NCBI RefSeq assembly: GCF_009834535.1
Contig: NC_045698.1
Location: 2,420,001 to 2,484,000, forward strand
DNA: 64,000 nucleotides
Direction: 5' to 3'
Source of the DNA: Camelus ferus
Lineage: Eukaryota
Shown here: positions 24,871-38,642 of the stretch, piece after piece
How positions within the stretch are numbered: the stretch's first letter is position 1
Layout: each line of letters starts with the position of its first letter
Notes under the pieces: generated by a model
Seen by the model: only the letters and a program-made list of their open reading frames with translations
Database searches by the model: none
Told to the model about the DNA's origin: nothing
Program-made: the position numbers and the translations under genes

Positions 24871-25656
24871 CGCTGCTTCTAGTACGTTTTCCTAAATAAA
24901 CAGCCAGACTTACACATGAGCCCCGGGTACAGCCCAGTTACACTGAGTGCCGTGAAACGACTGGAGGCGGGCTTTGCCTTTAATGACAGAGGGCCCCGTC
25001 GTGGGACGTTCGCACTGGCTCCTCGCTCTGCCAGAAACGTGCTTCCCTCGAATACACGTGGGGGCTCCTTCCCAGGCCTCACCCGGGTCTGTGCTCAAAC
25101 CTCACCTCCCTGGAGACCGACATCCCCACCCGCCTGCTTGAAATGGCCTCCCCCTGCCTCCCCCGCAGTCACACTGTCACCACCTGACTTCTGTGCCCTT
25201 GGTCATCAGCCTTTGCAACAAAAGGCGAGCTCCACCGGAGCTGCACCTGGTCCCTCCCTCTCCCCCGCACCGAGACCTGCACTCTGTGGGCACTGGATGA
25301 CGCTGAGCTGGGCCAGAGCTGTTTCAGTGCGTTCTCCCGGCATCCTGAGATGTGTCCAAGTTTCACGTTACTACACTGGACTTATGAGAAAATGGAGGCT
25401 CAGAGGTGTAGCAGACAAAGGCAACACTGCATGCTATGCCCTGGCAGAACCCAGAGGAGGACCTGTCCTGTGATTCCGAGTCAGGGAAAGAAAGGGCACC
25501 TGGGCATCTTTAAAGGGCTTTCTCTGTATCGGGGGGGGGGGGGCTGGGAGAAGAGCAGGATTGAAGGCTTCAAAGCGGGAGCACCATGATGGAGGCATTT
25601 TAGGAGGATTAACCTGGTAGGCATATGAAAGATGAGGACGAGTGGAAAAGGTCAGA

Positions 25657-25750
25657 ATTAAAAAATAAAATAATAAAATAAATAATAAAAATAATGATAA
25701 AAATAAAAATAAGTCAAATTTTAAAAATAAAAAAATAGGGTCAAAATAAA
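25657..25750. repeat. (AAAAT)n A-rich simple repeat
   Basis: Direct reading. Confidence 0.85.
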
Positions 25751-27977
25751 GCAAAGGCCATTTTTCTTCATCTGTCAATTCTCTGAGTTGCCTCAACCAC
25801 TCAAAATTGTTTACTGACTTTTATCTAGATGTCATAGGATTTGTCGATTGAGCCAAATATCTGAATACTTTCAGATACGTGAATAGGTGACGAGATGCTG
25901 AAAAAACAGCCACATACAGGAGAGTTTTGACATCGCCAGCCACAGTCAGTGGCTACGATTTTGTCTCCCTGGTGTCACCACATGGCTCTTATTATGTGGT
26001 TGCCAGCTGGTGAACTTCCTGACTAGAGCTACATAATGCTGTATTCTTTTATAGATTTCTGTTATTTTAGGATAAATTGATGTATCCTTAGTAAAAGCAA
26101 AGTGGGGCTGGTGACGAGGGGAGGTGTGTTAGGAAAGCGGGTCATGTGCTTTCGGTTACGCGCGCGGCCACGCTGGTAACTGGGGGACGGCGGGACCCGC
26201 AGGAAGACCCTTTCATGGCTTGAAAACTACTGGAAATGGACACAGAGGCGTTTGGTTCTTCTCCGGCTTTTTCCTGCACTGCCTCTCTTCTGTTTGGATG
26301 CATTTATCCATGCTTACCCTTCTCCTACTCCTCCTTTCTGCATTCTGTTGAGTCCAGAGAAGGACGATCTGACCGAGAGGCTGCACTCAGACAGCGTCCG
26401 TCAAATAGCTGAAAGGTCTGACATGTAATCGCGTGGCTGGTTCTTATCCTGTGACATGAAACCACCAGCCTGGCCGAGTTACTTCGTTTTTTTTTTTTTT
26501 GTTTGTTTGTTTCAAACTCAGCCATTGTCTACACCTCCACACGTCAAGGTGCTGAGTGGTATAGCTCAGAGGGTAGATCTGGGGTCAAGGGCACAAAGTC
26601 GAGCGTCAACATTTGGTTTTGTCACTTGGGTGAGTTAAGCTGCCAAAGCCCAAATGCCCCCTCTGAAGTGGGGCCGTAGTGCTGCTCTCTGCTTAGAGTT
26701 GCTGTGAAGACGGCGCTGGGTGCTGTGCACGGAATAGCCTTTGCTGGGACACAGCACAGACCTGACAACCGCACCCCCACCCCCGCATAGGCTGCCTTGG
26801 GCCGGCCTCTCCCCCCCGGGGCAGATCTGCCCTCCCGTACCACTGGCTGGGGGCAGGCTGCCTGCTGCAATTCGCATCATCTCTGGGACATCCTCTTGCG
26901 TGTTCCCTGGACTCCAGTGCGTTACACTTTTCATTAGGTGATTCCCCTGGAAACGACTGCCCCAGCAAGCTCCCCTCCTCGCAGTCAGGAAGGCCGCCCC
27001 GCAGGACACGCCTTTGAGGGCGGGTCACTGTGTGTCGTCGCCGGCGGTAACTATGTCCCTGCGTCTGCCCTGGGATGAGCAAACGTCTTCAAGCGTAATA
27101 ACCTGATCCTTTTTATCCCCACCCTTTTAGTTCCAAAGTCAAAGCAATAGTGTGAAATAGTGAAGATTTCCTTTTATTTGAAAAGGTGAAAACTTTGCAA
27201 AACTCCCGAGAAAATGCACTCTACCTCTCTACACAAACAAGAATGTAAGTAGAAGATGTAAGTAAGAAAAAGCCTTGCTCTTAAAGAGTTTAAAACCTGG
27301 TAGAGATGCCACTGCAATGCAGGGAATTGCCGTGAAAACGGCACGACTTGCCTTGGAGCTGGACGACTCCGGCTCCTGCCCGTGTTACGCGGCCGCTGGG
27401 CTTCACGGAGTCCTGGGTTCCAGGCTGTGCAAGGGGCATGTCAAACTGAATTATGGGCAAATCCTCACAGAGTGTCTGGGAGGACCCAGATGCTCCACGC
27501 GTGGAAGCCGGGACAGTTACTACCCTCTTGTTGATTGACTTCTTCCTAAAGGAGGCCGCCATAAGCACCGGCTGTAGTCTGGGTTTTAGGTCAGCTGTTG
27601 CTCACCTCTCTCCAATCATGGTCTTTTCCCGAATGATGGAAGGGCAGGGAGGAGAAAAGATGGAGAAAAACAACTGGGAGAGAAAAGGACGACAGGTGTG
27701 TCCCACGTAGGGACAGAAGAGGGGTGTGTGAAGAGGGAGGGTGAGGCGGAAGAAGCCGGGGACCCCCGAGAGGAGACACGGAAAGGCTGGAGACGGCCTG
27801 GCGGTGAGGCCTAGAAAGGTCCCCCTCAGGGCTGCGGCCCCGGCAGCCAGCTCTGCCTCTGAGTCAGGTGCCCTGTCTACAGCCCATGTCCCAAGGGTGG
27901 TGCCCTCAGGGCCCCAGTCATGGGTGCTACTTGGAACCAACTGTTCCGAAAAGCGAGGCTGGGAGGCTGTGTTTGGA

Positions 27978-28710
27978 CACACTTGGCCACGGTGCACGGT
28001 CCTTTCAGTGTGTTCCTGGGTTCAGTTTGCAAGTAGTCTGCTGAGGAGCTTCAAGTCAGCGTTCATTGGTGACATCGGCCTGTGATGTCCTATCTTTTTG
28101 TGTGATATCATTGCCAGGTTTTGGTATCAGGATGACGGCGGCCTCATAGAATGAGTTTGGGGGTGCTCCTTCCTCTGCAATTTTTTGGAAGCGTTTCGAA
28201 AGGATAGGTGTTAACTCTTCTCTAAACGTTTGGTAAAGTTCGCCTGTGAAGCCATTCGGTCCTGGGCTTTTGTTTGTTGGGAGCCTGTAAATTAGTGTTT
28301 GGATTTCAGTCCTGGTCACTGGTCTGTTCGTAGCTTCGGTGTCTTCCTGGTTCAGTCTGGGGAGAGTGCCCCTTTCCAAGGACTTGTCCGTTCTCTCACG
28401 TTGTCCATTTTACTGGCAAGTTGTCCTTTTTACTGGCGGGCAGTTTCTGGCAGCGATCCTTCGTGTTTCTGTGGTGTCAGTTGTAACTTCTCTTTCTTCG
28501 TCTCTGATTTTATTGATCTGGGGCCTCTCTCTCTCTCTTTTTTTTTTCCTGATGAGTCTGGCTAAAGGTTTATCAGTTTCGTTTACCTTTTCAAAGAACC
28601 AGCTTTTAGTTTCACTGAGCTTTTCTATTTTTCCCCTTTAGTCTCTATGTCACGTATTTCTGCTCTGGCCTTTACGATTTCCTTCCTTCTACTGACTTTG
28701 GGATTTGTCT
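27978..28710 (-). mobile_element. LINE-1 ORF2 fragment (Z domain / start of RT), disrupted
   Basis: Translation LPRLNQE...LPTNKSPGPNGFTGELYQTFREELTPIL...PNSFYEAAVILIPKPG is unmistakable L1 ORF2; frameshifted on both sides. Confidence 0.93.
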
Positions 28711-31700
28711 GACACATCTGAAATCCCTCCTGGCAGAGGGCAGGACAGGGAGCTTTCTGGAGAGCGTGTCTCATGTTCTCTGGGACAGTGATGTTCCCTT
28801 GGGAGGAGAGGAGGGGAGGGAAGAGAGGTGATGCACTGATCCAGCCACCCAGCCATAAGGGTCTCTTTGCTTTTCCAGAGTGACAAAGTCCTCCTCGTTG
28901 AAGATTTAAAATAAATGAACAAGTTATTAAAATGACAGGCACATAGTACAGAAATGCCCACAGAATGCTCTGTTTTCCTTCAAGAAGTTGGTCTTAGGTG
29001 TGAGTTTTATTTCGGCAGCTGCCCTTTGGTTTGCAGAAACTCGCTCTCGACAGTAGATGTCCCGACAGTAGTAAGAACAGGACAGTTTCCCTTCAGGCAA
29101 AGGTTTTTAAGACTGAAGTCGCTCCTTAACAGACCTTGACATCGCGGTGTTCTTCCCCTCCTCACCGTTAGATAAACACGCAAGGTGAATTTTTGTTTTG
29201 AAATTAAAGCCTTTTTTTTTTCCTAACGGGCTGTAATTTGTACATTACCAGGCACTTGTGTTTATGATCAGAAACGGAGGGGGCAGGCTGAAACCTTGCA
29301 CCACAAAGCGTCTCTTTGGGGGAGACTCGTTGAGCCACCCACTCCCCGGGGCCACAGGTAGCTCAGGACGGTGGCCGTGTTCACCTCAGCGAGTGGCTCT
29401 GCTTCCAGCCTTGGCTGCAAGACAGCCGCTAGAAATGACAATTAAAATAATTATAGAAGCGATAGGAAGGCATAATAAGAGAAAAAAAATTTAAAGAAAT
29501 TACTCAGGAAATATTAGCAGCCAACACTCTGGAAACATCCCAGCCTTCCTAATTGCACCTTAATACGTTCAAGGATGGCGTAATTGTTCAGACGAGCGTC
29601 CCCATGCAGCTTCCACCCTCACGCGGGCGACATTGTTCTTCACGGAAGCGAGGGGAGTGTGGCGATTATCACAGCACAAAGAAGGCGCTTTGTTCGAGTC
29701 GGGGGACGTGTCACCCCATGATTTCCACGCAGCCCTCCTGCGGGCTCTCCACACACTGCGGTCAGCCCCGCTCACCCGGGCCAGAGCGCCTCAGGCAGGC
29801 TCTGCAGCCTCCGTCAGGATGCGGAGGAAGCGTCTTTCTCTGACTTTCAGACACGCTTTGCAGGGCGCGAGGAGGGCATTCCTTTCTCTCTCCTGCGACT
29901 CGGTGACTTCTTACTGAACCTGGTGCATTTTCTGCCGGGCTTTGGCGGCAGCGGGGGGTGGGCGGGGGGTGTGCGGTGGGGTCGGCCCTATGAACAGGGC
30001 AGCAGCAGACCGCCTGGGCCACCCCCTCGGGACGGTCATCACAGATGGACACCCGGAGCCCGCGGCCGGGCTCTGAAGTCGGAGTCTGGGGGCAGAAGAG
30101 CTCTCGGTGGGAACCCTGCACTCCGAGGCATCCTGATGGCCCGTGTGCCCTCAGTGGGAGCGCAGGCTGCCACGCTGGCAGTCCCTGGTCCCCTGTCACT
30201 CTGGGAAAAGCTAAACACTCCCCAATGTGTTTAGAAATATTATAGCACAGACTATTTATAAATGACTAAACACAAAAGCACTTAAGCCTTCACTTCTCTG
30301 ATGGAGGGTAAGCGCCTGGTGCCTGCCCGGACTCTCAGGAAGCCCCAGGGCCGGCCTGCCCGCGGTTCCCCAAGCCCACGGTGCTGGTTCCAGGGTCAGC
30401 GCGGGACGAGTGCCACCCTGGGCAGCAGCACCCACGCCACCTCTCAGCCTTCACCAGCTCGGACACAGTGGCTCTGGTCCCCCAGCTCCCAGAAGGGGCC
30501 GACGGGAGCTGGACTAGGAGTGGCTTTCAGGGTCCTGGGGACCCTTACAGTAGCTCTGACCTTAAATCAGTCACAAAAAGGCCAAAGGCATCACTCAAGC
30601 CCTTGGCCCCTGGGGTGGAGGTGGGATCAAGACCCATCAGTGGTGCGGGGTGTGCAGGCAGAGGGGAACCAGGAGGGAAGGGCATCGGTTCTCAAAGCCA
30701 AGGGGGGACGCGTTCTCAGTCCCCGCACTGCTGAGTGACCATTCATTGTCATTTCCTCTAATTTCACCCAGAGGCTTGAGCTCTCTCACCCACCCCAACA
30801 CGCCCCTGCACAACTTTATTTCGTAATGAACTGAGTCCCTCACTTAATTCATATCTGTGCATAGTTTAATTTTGAAGATGCATAATCTTGAGGAAGCTCT
30901 TTTTCTTTTACTGAAAGCGGTTATGTTCCCTGAAGCACCACGGCGCCCGTCACTTGGAGATGCCCACAGAAAAGCGGGCACATTCCGCTTTTGTTTGTCT
31001 GACGGTGCAGAAGGAGCCCGCGGGGTGAGGTGCCTGGGATCCCCAGACGTGGCTCGGCAGCAGCCTGCCTGTGCCGTCACGCTCGGGGGCCCGGCCGGGA
31101 CGGGTCTGTCCCGGTGACCCGGTTCTGGAGTGGGCGTCCGGCCCGCGAGCAGCCTGAGGTGTCTGCAGATGCCACAGCAGCCGGCCCCGTGGGCCCGGGG
31201 AAGTTGCGCTGAGACTTGACACTGTGTTTCCTCCATTTTCTCTCTCTCCCTCCTGCTTCTGTCCGCAGCTTGGGCCTGTCCTACAGCCAGTCAGGGAAGA
31301 ATTCCTGTTCATCCTGGTGTATCTGTGCTTCGGAAGCTGGGAGGTTGGGGGAGGCCCTGGGTGCTCGTGGGCAGCTCTGCCCTGCAGCCCAGCTTCCAGG
31401 TGGCCCGAGGCCCTGGAGGAGGGTGCGGAAGAGGACTCAGAATTCAGTGCTCGGGGAGGACAACAGCTTATTTTCCTGATGAGACAGGGCTCAGGGGCCA
31501 GGTGGTGCCCACAAGTCCCCAGGTGACATCACTGGCGACCTGTCTCGGGAAGAGCGGGGCTCGCTCTGGGGAAGGTGCGTGGAAACGGGCGGCCTTGCTG
31601 GGAGGGGCGGGGGCTGTCCGGACCCAGGGCAGGAGTCTTCCATCCTCTGACTCCCTGGAGGCCTCAGCTCGGAGGGGGCAGTGGTGGGATACGTCTCAGG

Positions 31701-34700
31701 GGAAGCAAGGAGATGCTGAGGGAGGACGAGCAGGGGCTGGGGGAGAGAGAGGTGCATGAGGTGGCCTCGCTTGCAAGAAATTGATTTGAAATCGAATTCT
31801 CGCAAGAAGTGCCACGTTGGACCTGCCGAGACTCCGAGGAAGGATGGGCAACATCACCGAGCAGGGCGTAAAGCAGTTGATCCTCGCCATCCTAACATGC
31901 TGCCTGCGCTCCAAACAGCGGGCGCCTGGGTCCCGAGACAAGCCGAGGCTTAGGAGGGCTTTGTTTAAGGATGAACAGGACAAGGCCAGCTTGAAACCCC
32001 AAGGGCTGGCGAGGCTTTGTCACGGTCGTGACTTAGCCCGTCTTTTTCTTGTTTACGTGTGACCTGAAGAAAACTCAGCCGGCCACCTCTTCCCTTGTTT
32101 GAAGACGGTGACCCCGCTCCCCGGGGAAGGCACCTTGGTCCCTGGTGGTCGCCGGTGCTTCCGTCCCCACGTAGCCCTTGGTGGTCCCGCCGGTGGCAGT
32201 GCCCTGTAATTCTGGCAAACGGATGCAGTGCGGGCGAGAGTGTCTCAGACCCCTCGTCCATTACGGGACGATTTTTCTCCGTCAGAGCCGTCCTAAGTCA
32301 AACAAAGCCCGCGTGCGGCTCGGCGAGCTGCCGCGCTGAGTGCGTCTCGGTTTATTTTTCTGGTGAAAAAATAAACTATTACTTTGACTAATAACTCCGG
32401 TGGAATGTGGGCTGGGGGCATGGGTGCCAGAAGAAAGGGACCCCTCGGTCCTTGTCACAATCCCGCCCTGAGGCGGAGGGCGCGCTAGCAAGATTTCAGG
32501 CCTGGCCTGTGTCATGACTGAAAATGTTCTAAATACTCGAAGGGGGAGAAGCCATTCTGATTCCTTTGGGTCTAAAGATACACAAACACCTGCAAAGGCT
32601 TGTTATTAAAAGTCTTCATTCTTAAAAAAGTATTGTTGATATTTATGCTTTACATCGAGATAGCATTTGATATTTTAAACCGGTGGGAAAGCGCACACAG
32701 ATAACGTGGCCCGTAGGCGAGCAGTGTACCGGCGGGAGGGGGTGCCCTGAGCTGGAGCCGGCTCTGAACGGTGCTCTTTTGATGGAGAAGAAGAGGGTTT
32801 ACCTAGCCCCTCGCTGAGGGCCTCTGTCTGTCCTTCCTGCCAAAAATATCCGGGCAGCACATACGCGCCCTCTGAAAAGCTACCATAGCATGACCATATT
32901 TTCTATGTGGTTTAAAACAAATTTTGATTCTGGAAGACTCCCTTTTGAGTTACCTTTGCGTCTTGGAGACGTGTCCTGGTTTGAGGGTTAGACCTCTCTC
33001 TTCGAAGCTATCCTTCCATGGCCGAATAACACCGATTTCCTCTGATTCTTCTCATGACTTCACTCACAAGCATCAGTTTGAAAGTGCACAGTGCGTGCAT
33101 TGAACAGTTGGCCCCTTTTTATCATTTGAAATGCATACAACTTACTATACCCGTCTTCCACTCAATATCTTCTATTAAATGCTTAATGAATTATAAAAAT
33201 TGAGCCGTTCAGCACACTTGGCACTGTCCACAATAATGTCACACTACTTCGATGTGGTCTTTTTTCGTTTGTGTTTGTCTCTGTGTGTGTGTATGGAGTC
33301 TTCATGTGAAGTTTCTGCAGCAACGGTGATTTTTACAGTGACTTGAGATATTGGAATGGATTCCGTGGGCTGTCATTTGTCAGGGGCTGCTGATGGAATG
33401 TCCCCCACAGCATCTCTTGCTCCCACCCAGACCCACCCCCCGACGGTCAACCTGGAGCACACACTGGCCACGTGTCCGGGTCGTTCCTGACCTTTCTCCC
33501 TCCTCATTCAATTGTTTTCCTTTCAGAAAATTAATAAACCAGGGCTTTCTCGTGTATTGTGACTTCGTATATAATTCCCTTTATTTCTGACTTTTCATAA
33601 TTCTCCTGACCCTCCACACTTGGCTGGTGCAGCAAACGCTGGACAATTACCTGCCACAGGCCACACACTCGCAGCAGCACGTCCACAAATCCTTAGAACC
33701 CAGGGGGAGGTCTGGGTGATGAGTGTCTCACTGCAGGTGGAGGGGAGCAGGTGGCTGGCCCTTGGGTCAGGGCGAGGTGCCATGAGGGCCGGACCCTCGT
33801 GGGTTCTGCTCCAGGACCCGTGATCATGGAGGCACATGGGCCAGGAGCCCCAGACCACAAGTCCCTGCATCCTGGACACACTGATGTGGGTGCTTCCTCG
33901 TCTCTCTGTCTTGATATGTTTGGGTTTAGTGGGGAGGACGGGCCACCTGGGGCGTCTTGGAGCCCTGGGCTCTTCACACGCCATGAGTGGTTCTGTTCTC
34001 ACTGCGCAGAGTCTGAGGCCATGGTGCTTCCTGACAGCTACTCCCTGCTCCCGCCGCTCCTGTGATGGCCAAATGCAGGGACAGGGGAGTGAGCGGACGA
34101 CTTCTGTGGTTCCTGTCCTGTGTTCCGTCCCCCTTGTGAAGAGGCCAGGGCGATGCTGACATGCATGGTCTCCAAGCTTCTCTGAAACAGGGCAGAAAGG
34201 GCAGCCGACCTCCTAAAACCCAACGTGAGACACAGGCGGGAAACTTCATTTCCAGGAGCTCGAAACCATGGCAGGGACGATCGGCTGCAAAATAAATGTT
34301 CTGTGACCTCATAGCCATCAGTGTGCTTATAGCCTACATCTCTGCACCTGCAGAAACAGGGACAGTCAGGTCTACAGGGTTCTCGGGACATGCAAGTAGC
34401 TCCTCTCTGAGAACACATGGAAACCTACATTCTAAAAGCATCATAACCCTCACAGGTGCTGCTGCAAGGGGCAGGCACTTAGCAAGGAAGATCGGTACTC
34501 TCCCCCATGCCTAAACAGACAGGCGAGCCGGGGCGCCTTCCTCAGCGGCAGTGCTTGGCCCCTGGACCGTTTACGTGGTGAAGGCAGAGCAGAGCACGGT
34601 CCTCACAGCCTAGAACCTGCGGCTCTTCTGGGGAGAGAGATAGAAAGAGAGGTGTGCTGAACAGACACAGGTGTGCCCGCCCACAACTCCTTGGGGGCAG

Positions 34701-34973
34701 GGCCCCTAGGTTGCCCCAGGGCTTTGCTCATCTCTGGCCACTTCTGCTTTGTGTGCCTCTCCCAGGGCGTGGTCCCCGGGCTGCCTCCAGCGGACTTTTT
34801 TGCAGCCTATAGAAAATAAAGAAGGATTCATGCCTCACACTCCATAAAACACAAGAAAACATGTTTTAGCTTTGGAGAAAGAATTAGAAATCCAAGCCAT
34901 TTTCCAGCTGGTCAATTAATGGTCTTTCCGAATCAGGCCTGTGAAGCACCAGTGCCCCCACCCTAAGCACCAG

Positions 34974-35478
34974 TGAAACAGGGAAGAACAAATCTGACTC
35001 CATGTTGGGTCCGTTCCCTTAGATCTTCCCGGCGCTCTGCTTCCTGGGCTCCGTCACGCTGGCTCCGCACCTTTTGTGAGAGAATGTTGCCTGTAGCCTG
35101 AAATGTCCAGGAGAGCCCTTCCCAAGCCCTGATCTTTAAGGGTGGAACATCTTCCCATTCGCACAGAGATAAGAAGCTGTAGATAAGGAGGATGGCTTGT
35201 GTCTTGCTGGGAGTTTACAAAGACACCATGACCTGACCCACACGGACAGCTGCAAGAACCAAGGATTCCGACTCTAAGAAGTTTGCGCCAACCAACCTCA
35301 CTCCAGGTATAAGAGGAGCCTGAATTCTGACTCGAGGGAAGGTAGTTCTCTAGGACAACAGTTCCTCATCTTCTTGGTCTGCTGGCTTTCTGAAAAGAGT
35401 CATTCTTTGCCCCAACACCTCATCTCCTGGTTCACTGGCCTGTCATGCGGCGAGCAGACGAGTTTGGACTCAGCAACA
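34974..35478 (+). mobile_element. ERV1-class solo LTR
   Basis: TG...CA termini (tgaaacagg...cagcaaca), ~505 bp, TATA-like 'gtataagag', ERV1-type 3' end 'actggcctgtcatgcggcgagcagacgagtttggactc'; flanks ccag/cgag are consistent with a 4-bp TSD. Confidence 0.8.
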
Positions 35479-38180
35479 CGAGGGCTGCGACAGGAAACGT
35501 GAGCGTCTCAGTCCTGCTGTGAATGGAAGTCAAGCCTCCGACCACCAGTTCCCCGGAGGAGTGAGGGGGGCCGGGTGAGAGGCACCCTGCCCTCTCCAGT
35601 TGCTGCCTTTAGGTAAACAAGAGTGAAATTGTCCTCGTGGGAGGAACGGGAGGTGGGGTCTTTTTAAACACTGCCCATCGCAGGTAGTTTCCCTTAAAAG
35701 CCAGCCCTGGATGTCTCCCTGCCACCAGCGGCCTATACGTGGGAGAGCCACGGCCGCAGGTGGGCAGCGGCCCTGGATGCAGGGCAGGTGGGTCACGGTG
35801 CAGCCCGTCTGTGCTGGGGAGACCCAAGGCAGCGGACTCTCAGGGACTGGGCTGATCGAATTCTTTCCCACTGATTTTGAAAGTTAGTAATGGGCTCAAC
35901 TGGAAGCCATTTAAAAAGCCATGGGGTTAGAACATACCAGGGGACTTTGGGGACAAGATTTCAGGCAGCTGCAGGACAACAGGGGGTGAGAGGCAGAGAC
36001 ACTCAATTCCGTAATATTCAATGCTTTCCCAATTTGTAAAAAGCCTTTTCTGAAATGGGTTCGCTTTGCAACTGGTTCTTTCATGAACAAAAATATCCAC
36101 GCTTCCCTTTCATCGTGGCGTTGGCACTTCAGCTCCTTGTGTTGCTGGGTTTCCATGCCAGGGGCTCCATCAAAGCCGCTTTAGCTGGAAACAGAAAGTT
36201 ACTCGCCTGCACATGTGCGGCATTGAAACGATTGCTTCTGGTAGCAGAAAAGCTGGGTTAAAGCCTGTCGTGTCGGTGGCTGCCCGGAGTGTTTGCCTCA
36301 CAGAGTTATGAAGCAGATACTCTGGGTTCCCCGGATACAGATGAGCGACACAGAGACATGGTTGCCATACCAACACCTGGCTAGTGACGGGTCTGGGCTG
36401 AAGCCACATTTCCAGAAAGTGGAGGAAATGGGTGATGGTCATCATCTGCCATCAAGTATCTTGGGGGTCAGGAGGGCTCTTTCTGGAGAAGTGGCCCTTG
36501 TGCGGACCGCCGAGGGAGCGCACGCTCAGAAGGATGGGGATCACAACACAAAATAGGTCAAATGTCTTAGAACGTCCCCTGTGATGATGTGAAGCCGTAT
36601 TGTCACGGTTGAGATTTTAATTTTTTTTACATTGTTAATTAATCAATCCATTAGTCTGCAATACGGAGAGAATAGGACATTCGGGGGTGTGGCAGAAAAA
36701 CAAGATTAAAATACAATAATCCTTGAAAAACTGCATCCTGCCCTTTGAGCCTGTGTGCGTTCTGCCTCCAGCTCTACCTCAGGAAATCAGGGCGTGTTTC
36801 AGGGCAGCCCGAGTGTTTACGCTCCAATCCTTTCATGTTTCTGATGCGTACATGCTCACCAAGTCTCAGCTTTGTTGGCTTCTTAACACGAACAAAAATG
36901 CTTACTTGTTCTAGAGAAATGCTTCCCTGCAAAGTGACACCCTCCGAGGCTCCTGATATCTCAGAGCTCTCTTTTGCTCCCAGATCAAGCTGATACACAG
37001 TGAAAACGAAGTCAGCAGCGCTGAGGTGCTCCTTGCCCAGCTGTGCCCAGAGCCCGTCCCCACCACCACACGTTCAATCTACAGCAAAGAGGGAAAAATT
37101 AGCCAAGTGAAGACCTGCTCTTATCCTTGATGGTCACGCCTCCTATTGTAGGAACAGGTTCTTGGGATTTAATTTTTGTTTCTTTTTTCTTTCATGCAGA
37201 CTGCTCCCTAGAAAGACCTTCCTTGGCGCAGTGGGCTTGATATTCAGCAGACACCCAGGAAGAAACGTTGCTTACACGTTGCATCAGAAAACAAGCAGGG
37301 CGTCCTCTAAGAACCAGAAAAAGCCCGAGACTGTCCAGCTCGGTCTCCCCTCGAGGGGTGCTCCTGGGGATGCGCGATCCTCGGGGGGTTCTCAGGTCAC
37401 TTGCGGTCAGGCCAGCGGGTTGAAGAAAGGTAAGTGGATTTTGGCGGTGGGGCTTCTGGAGCCCCAGACCGTCTCCGGTGTAGCACTTCCCAGGGCCGTC
37501 TCTCCAGGGCATCTCCCAGCGTCCTCTCCTGAACGCTGGCGAGAAGATGCGGTGTCCCCGCCAGATGGGAGCTGAGAGCCGGCAGAGTGAGGCCACGCCC
37601 ATGCCGACAACTAGTCCTAGAGCTGAGACCTCCCCGATTTCCACAGGTTCCCCTTCTACGCACACTGAGACAATGCACTTCGCTCTTCTTCCAAATGGCT
37701 CAAAGCCATGAAACACATGATCGGTTTAGCTCCAGCCCTTGCAGAGCTGTACCCGTAATTACCTACATGAAGAGTCAGAGAGGACTGATTTGAATGTTTC
37801 CTTAATTTTATTTGAAACTAAAAGCGCTTAAAAAAAAAAAAAACTTAGAAAAACTGTCAGTTTTGAGAAAGAATCAGGTGTTACAAAAATCCCAAGCCTG
37901 TGGGGCGTATCCGTCCCCGGGAACTGGCTGCATTAACACCGCTGGGGTTTCCAACCTCTGTTTTTCCACGCTTGTCACATGGCAGGCCCTCCTGGGGCGG
38001 GGCCTCTGAATGCGCCCTTGCTGCCCCACCGCTGCGCCCTGGCCTGGCTCTGTGGATGACCTTCATCATGGCAGGGTGTCTGGGGCCTCAGAAATCATAG
38101 TCTTCACACGTTCAGTCACCTCGTGGTCCCCCGGGGCCCGTGGAAGGGTCCCCTTCTCCATGACCAGTATCATCACCAGA

Positions 38181-38555
38181 TGCTACGGACTGAAGGTTTG
38201 TGTCCCCTCAGATCCACATGCTGAAGCCCTAACTCCCAGCGCACTGGCATTTGGAGGGGTCTTTGGGAGGTGGCTAGGCTCAGACGCAGTTATGAGGGTG
38301 GGGCCACCACCACGGATTACTGTCCTTATAAGAAGAGGCAGAGCGACCAGACCCACCGGCCCCACCTCCGCCTGCCAGGTGAGGACACAGAGAGACGGAG
38401 TCCATCTCTGCCAGAGAGTGGGCTCTCTCCAGGATCCAAGGCAGTGCACACCTTGACCTTGGAGGTCCAGCCTCCTGAGATGGGAGAAATGAACACCTGC
38501 TGGTTAAGCCCCCAGCCTGTGGTATTTGTTTTAGCGGACTGAGTGGCCTGGGACA
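38181..38555 (+). mobile_element. MaLR solo LTR (MLT1A-like), full length
   Basis: tgctacggactgaaggtttgtgtcccc...gtggtatttgttttagc...gggaca; flanks ccaga/ccagg are consistent with a 5-bp TSD. Confidence 0.88.
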
Positions 38556-38642
38556 CCAGGGTGGGTGCTAAGTCACCCTCTGTGCCTGCTTCTACCTGGA
38601 CCTGAGGTGCTCCAGGTCACGAGGCTCACTCAGAAGTGACAG

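Noticed and set aside
28056..28379. Reverse-transcriptase-associated peptide as a possible novel RT system
   Set aside because: It is an ordinary decayed LINE-1 ORF2 fragment with frameshifts.
29953..29981. G-quadruplex-like G-run cluster
   Set aside because: Expected frequently in DNA this GC-rich, with no functional context.
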